Of a DNA stretch of 60,309 bases, positions 59,991 through 60,309 are shown one piece after another. The position numbers were made by a program, and so were the translations under genes. Source of the DNA: a virus (Duplodnaviria > Caudoviricetes); the IMG/VR virus record IMGVR_UViG_3300035670_000225, positions 1 to 60,309 of that record. One strand, 5' to 3'. Under the pieces are notes generated by a model, which was given only the letters and a program-made list of their open reading frames with translations, had not been told where the DNA came from and did no database searches. Each line of letters opens with the position of its first letter. The first letter of the stretch is position 1.

Positions 59991-60062
59991 GGGGCTGTGG
60001 CGCAACGGTAGCGCAAGGGACTTTTAATCCTTTGGTTGTGGGTTCGAATCCCACCGGCCCCA
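59991..60062 (+). tRNA. tRNA-Lys(UUU), CCA not encoded
   Basis: Acceptor GGGGCTG/CGGCCCC, anticodon arm AGGGA-CTTTTAA-TCCTT, T-arm GTGGG-TTCGAAT-CCCAC. Confidence 0.95.
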
Positions 60063-60104
60063 TTGGTTGGTTTTGTTGTTTTCATCACTTCAAGGAGGAG
60101 CCCG

Positions 60105-60308
60105 ATGAACTGGCTCGTAATGTTGATCGTGACGCTGCTCACGCCCATTGTGCAGCCGATTGTGCAGCACAGCGCGCAGCGCGTTCAGGCGCGATTGCAG
60201 CAAAACCAGCCGCAATACGTGCAGCCTTCCCCACAGCCCCAGTTCGTGTACCATGAGGGGCGGTGGTGGAAATTCGAGAACAACCAATGGTACGTGGAGG
60301 TCAAATGA
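60105..60308 (+). CDS. small Gln-rich exported/membrane protein
   Basis: SD AAGGAGG; hydrophobic N-terminus; YH.GRWW...QW. Confidence 0.65.
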   Translation: MNWLVMLIVTLLTPIVQPIVQHSAQRVQARLQQNQPQYVQPSPQPQFVYHEGRWWKFENNQWYVEVK

Positions 60309-60309
60309 C

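Overview
A gene-dense segment of a large tailed dsDNA phage genome, probably jumbo-type. Every credible gene is on the + strand, with frequent ATGA/TAATG overlaps, consistent with genetic code 11. Layout: (1) ~1-8.4 kb, accessory genes: a degenerate HUH Rep-like ORF, an HTH-deoxyhypusine-synthase-like fusion, a DEDDh exonuclease, tRNA-Gln, a DUF262-HNH protein, small repeat-bounded ORFs and MazG. (2) 8.4-24.2 kb, recombination/replication: Mre11/Rad50, SF2 helicase, DnaB-like helicase, primase, UDG-PolA fusion, probable SSB and RecA. (3) 24-41.9 kb, mostly unknown genes plus RuvC, a probable portal, glycosyltransferases, an HD protein, dTMP kinase and thioredoxin. (4) 41.9-56.6 kb, a fibre/adhesin cluster with collagen and beta-propeller proteins. 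(5) 56.6 kb to end: thymidine kinase, a GT4 glycosyltransferase, small membrane proteins and tRNA-Lys. The most striking feature is a gene pair between Rad50 and the SF2 helicase: an apparently inactive IS110/Nop-domain-like protein followed by a stand-alone minimal Cas7/Csm3-like RAMP, with no CRISPR array or other cas genes in the window. All family assignments come from motif recognition by eye; no searches or folding programs were run.
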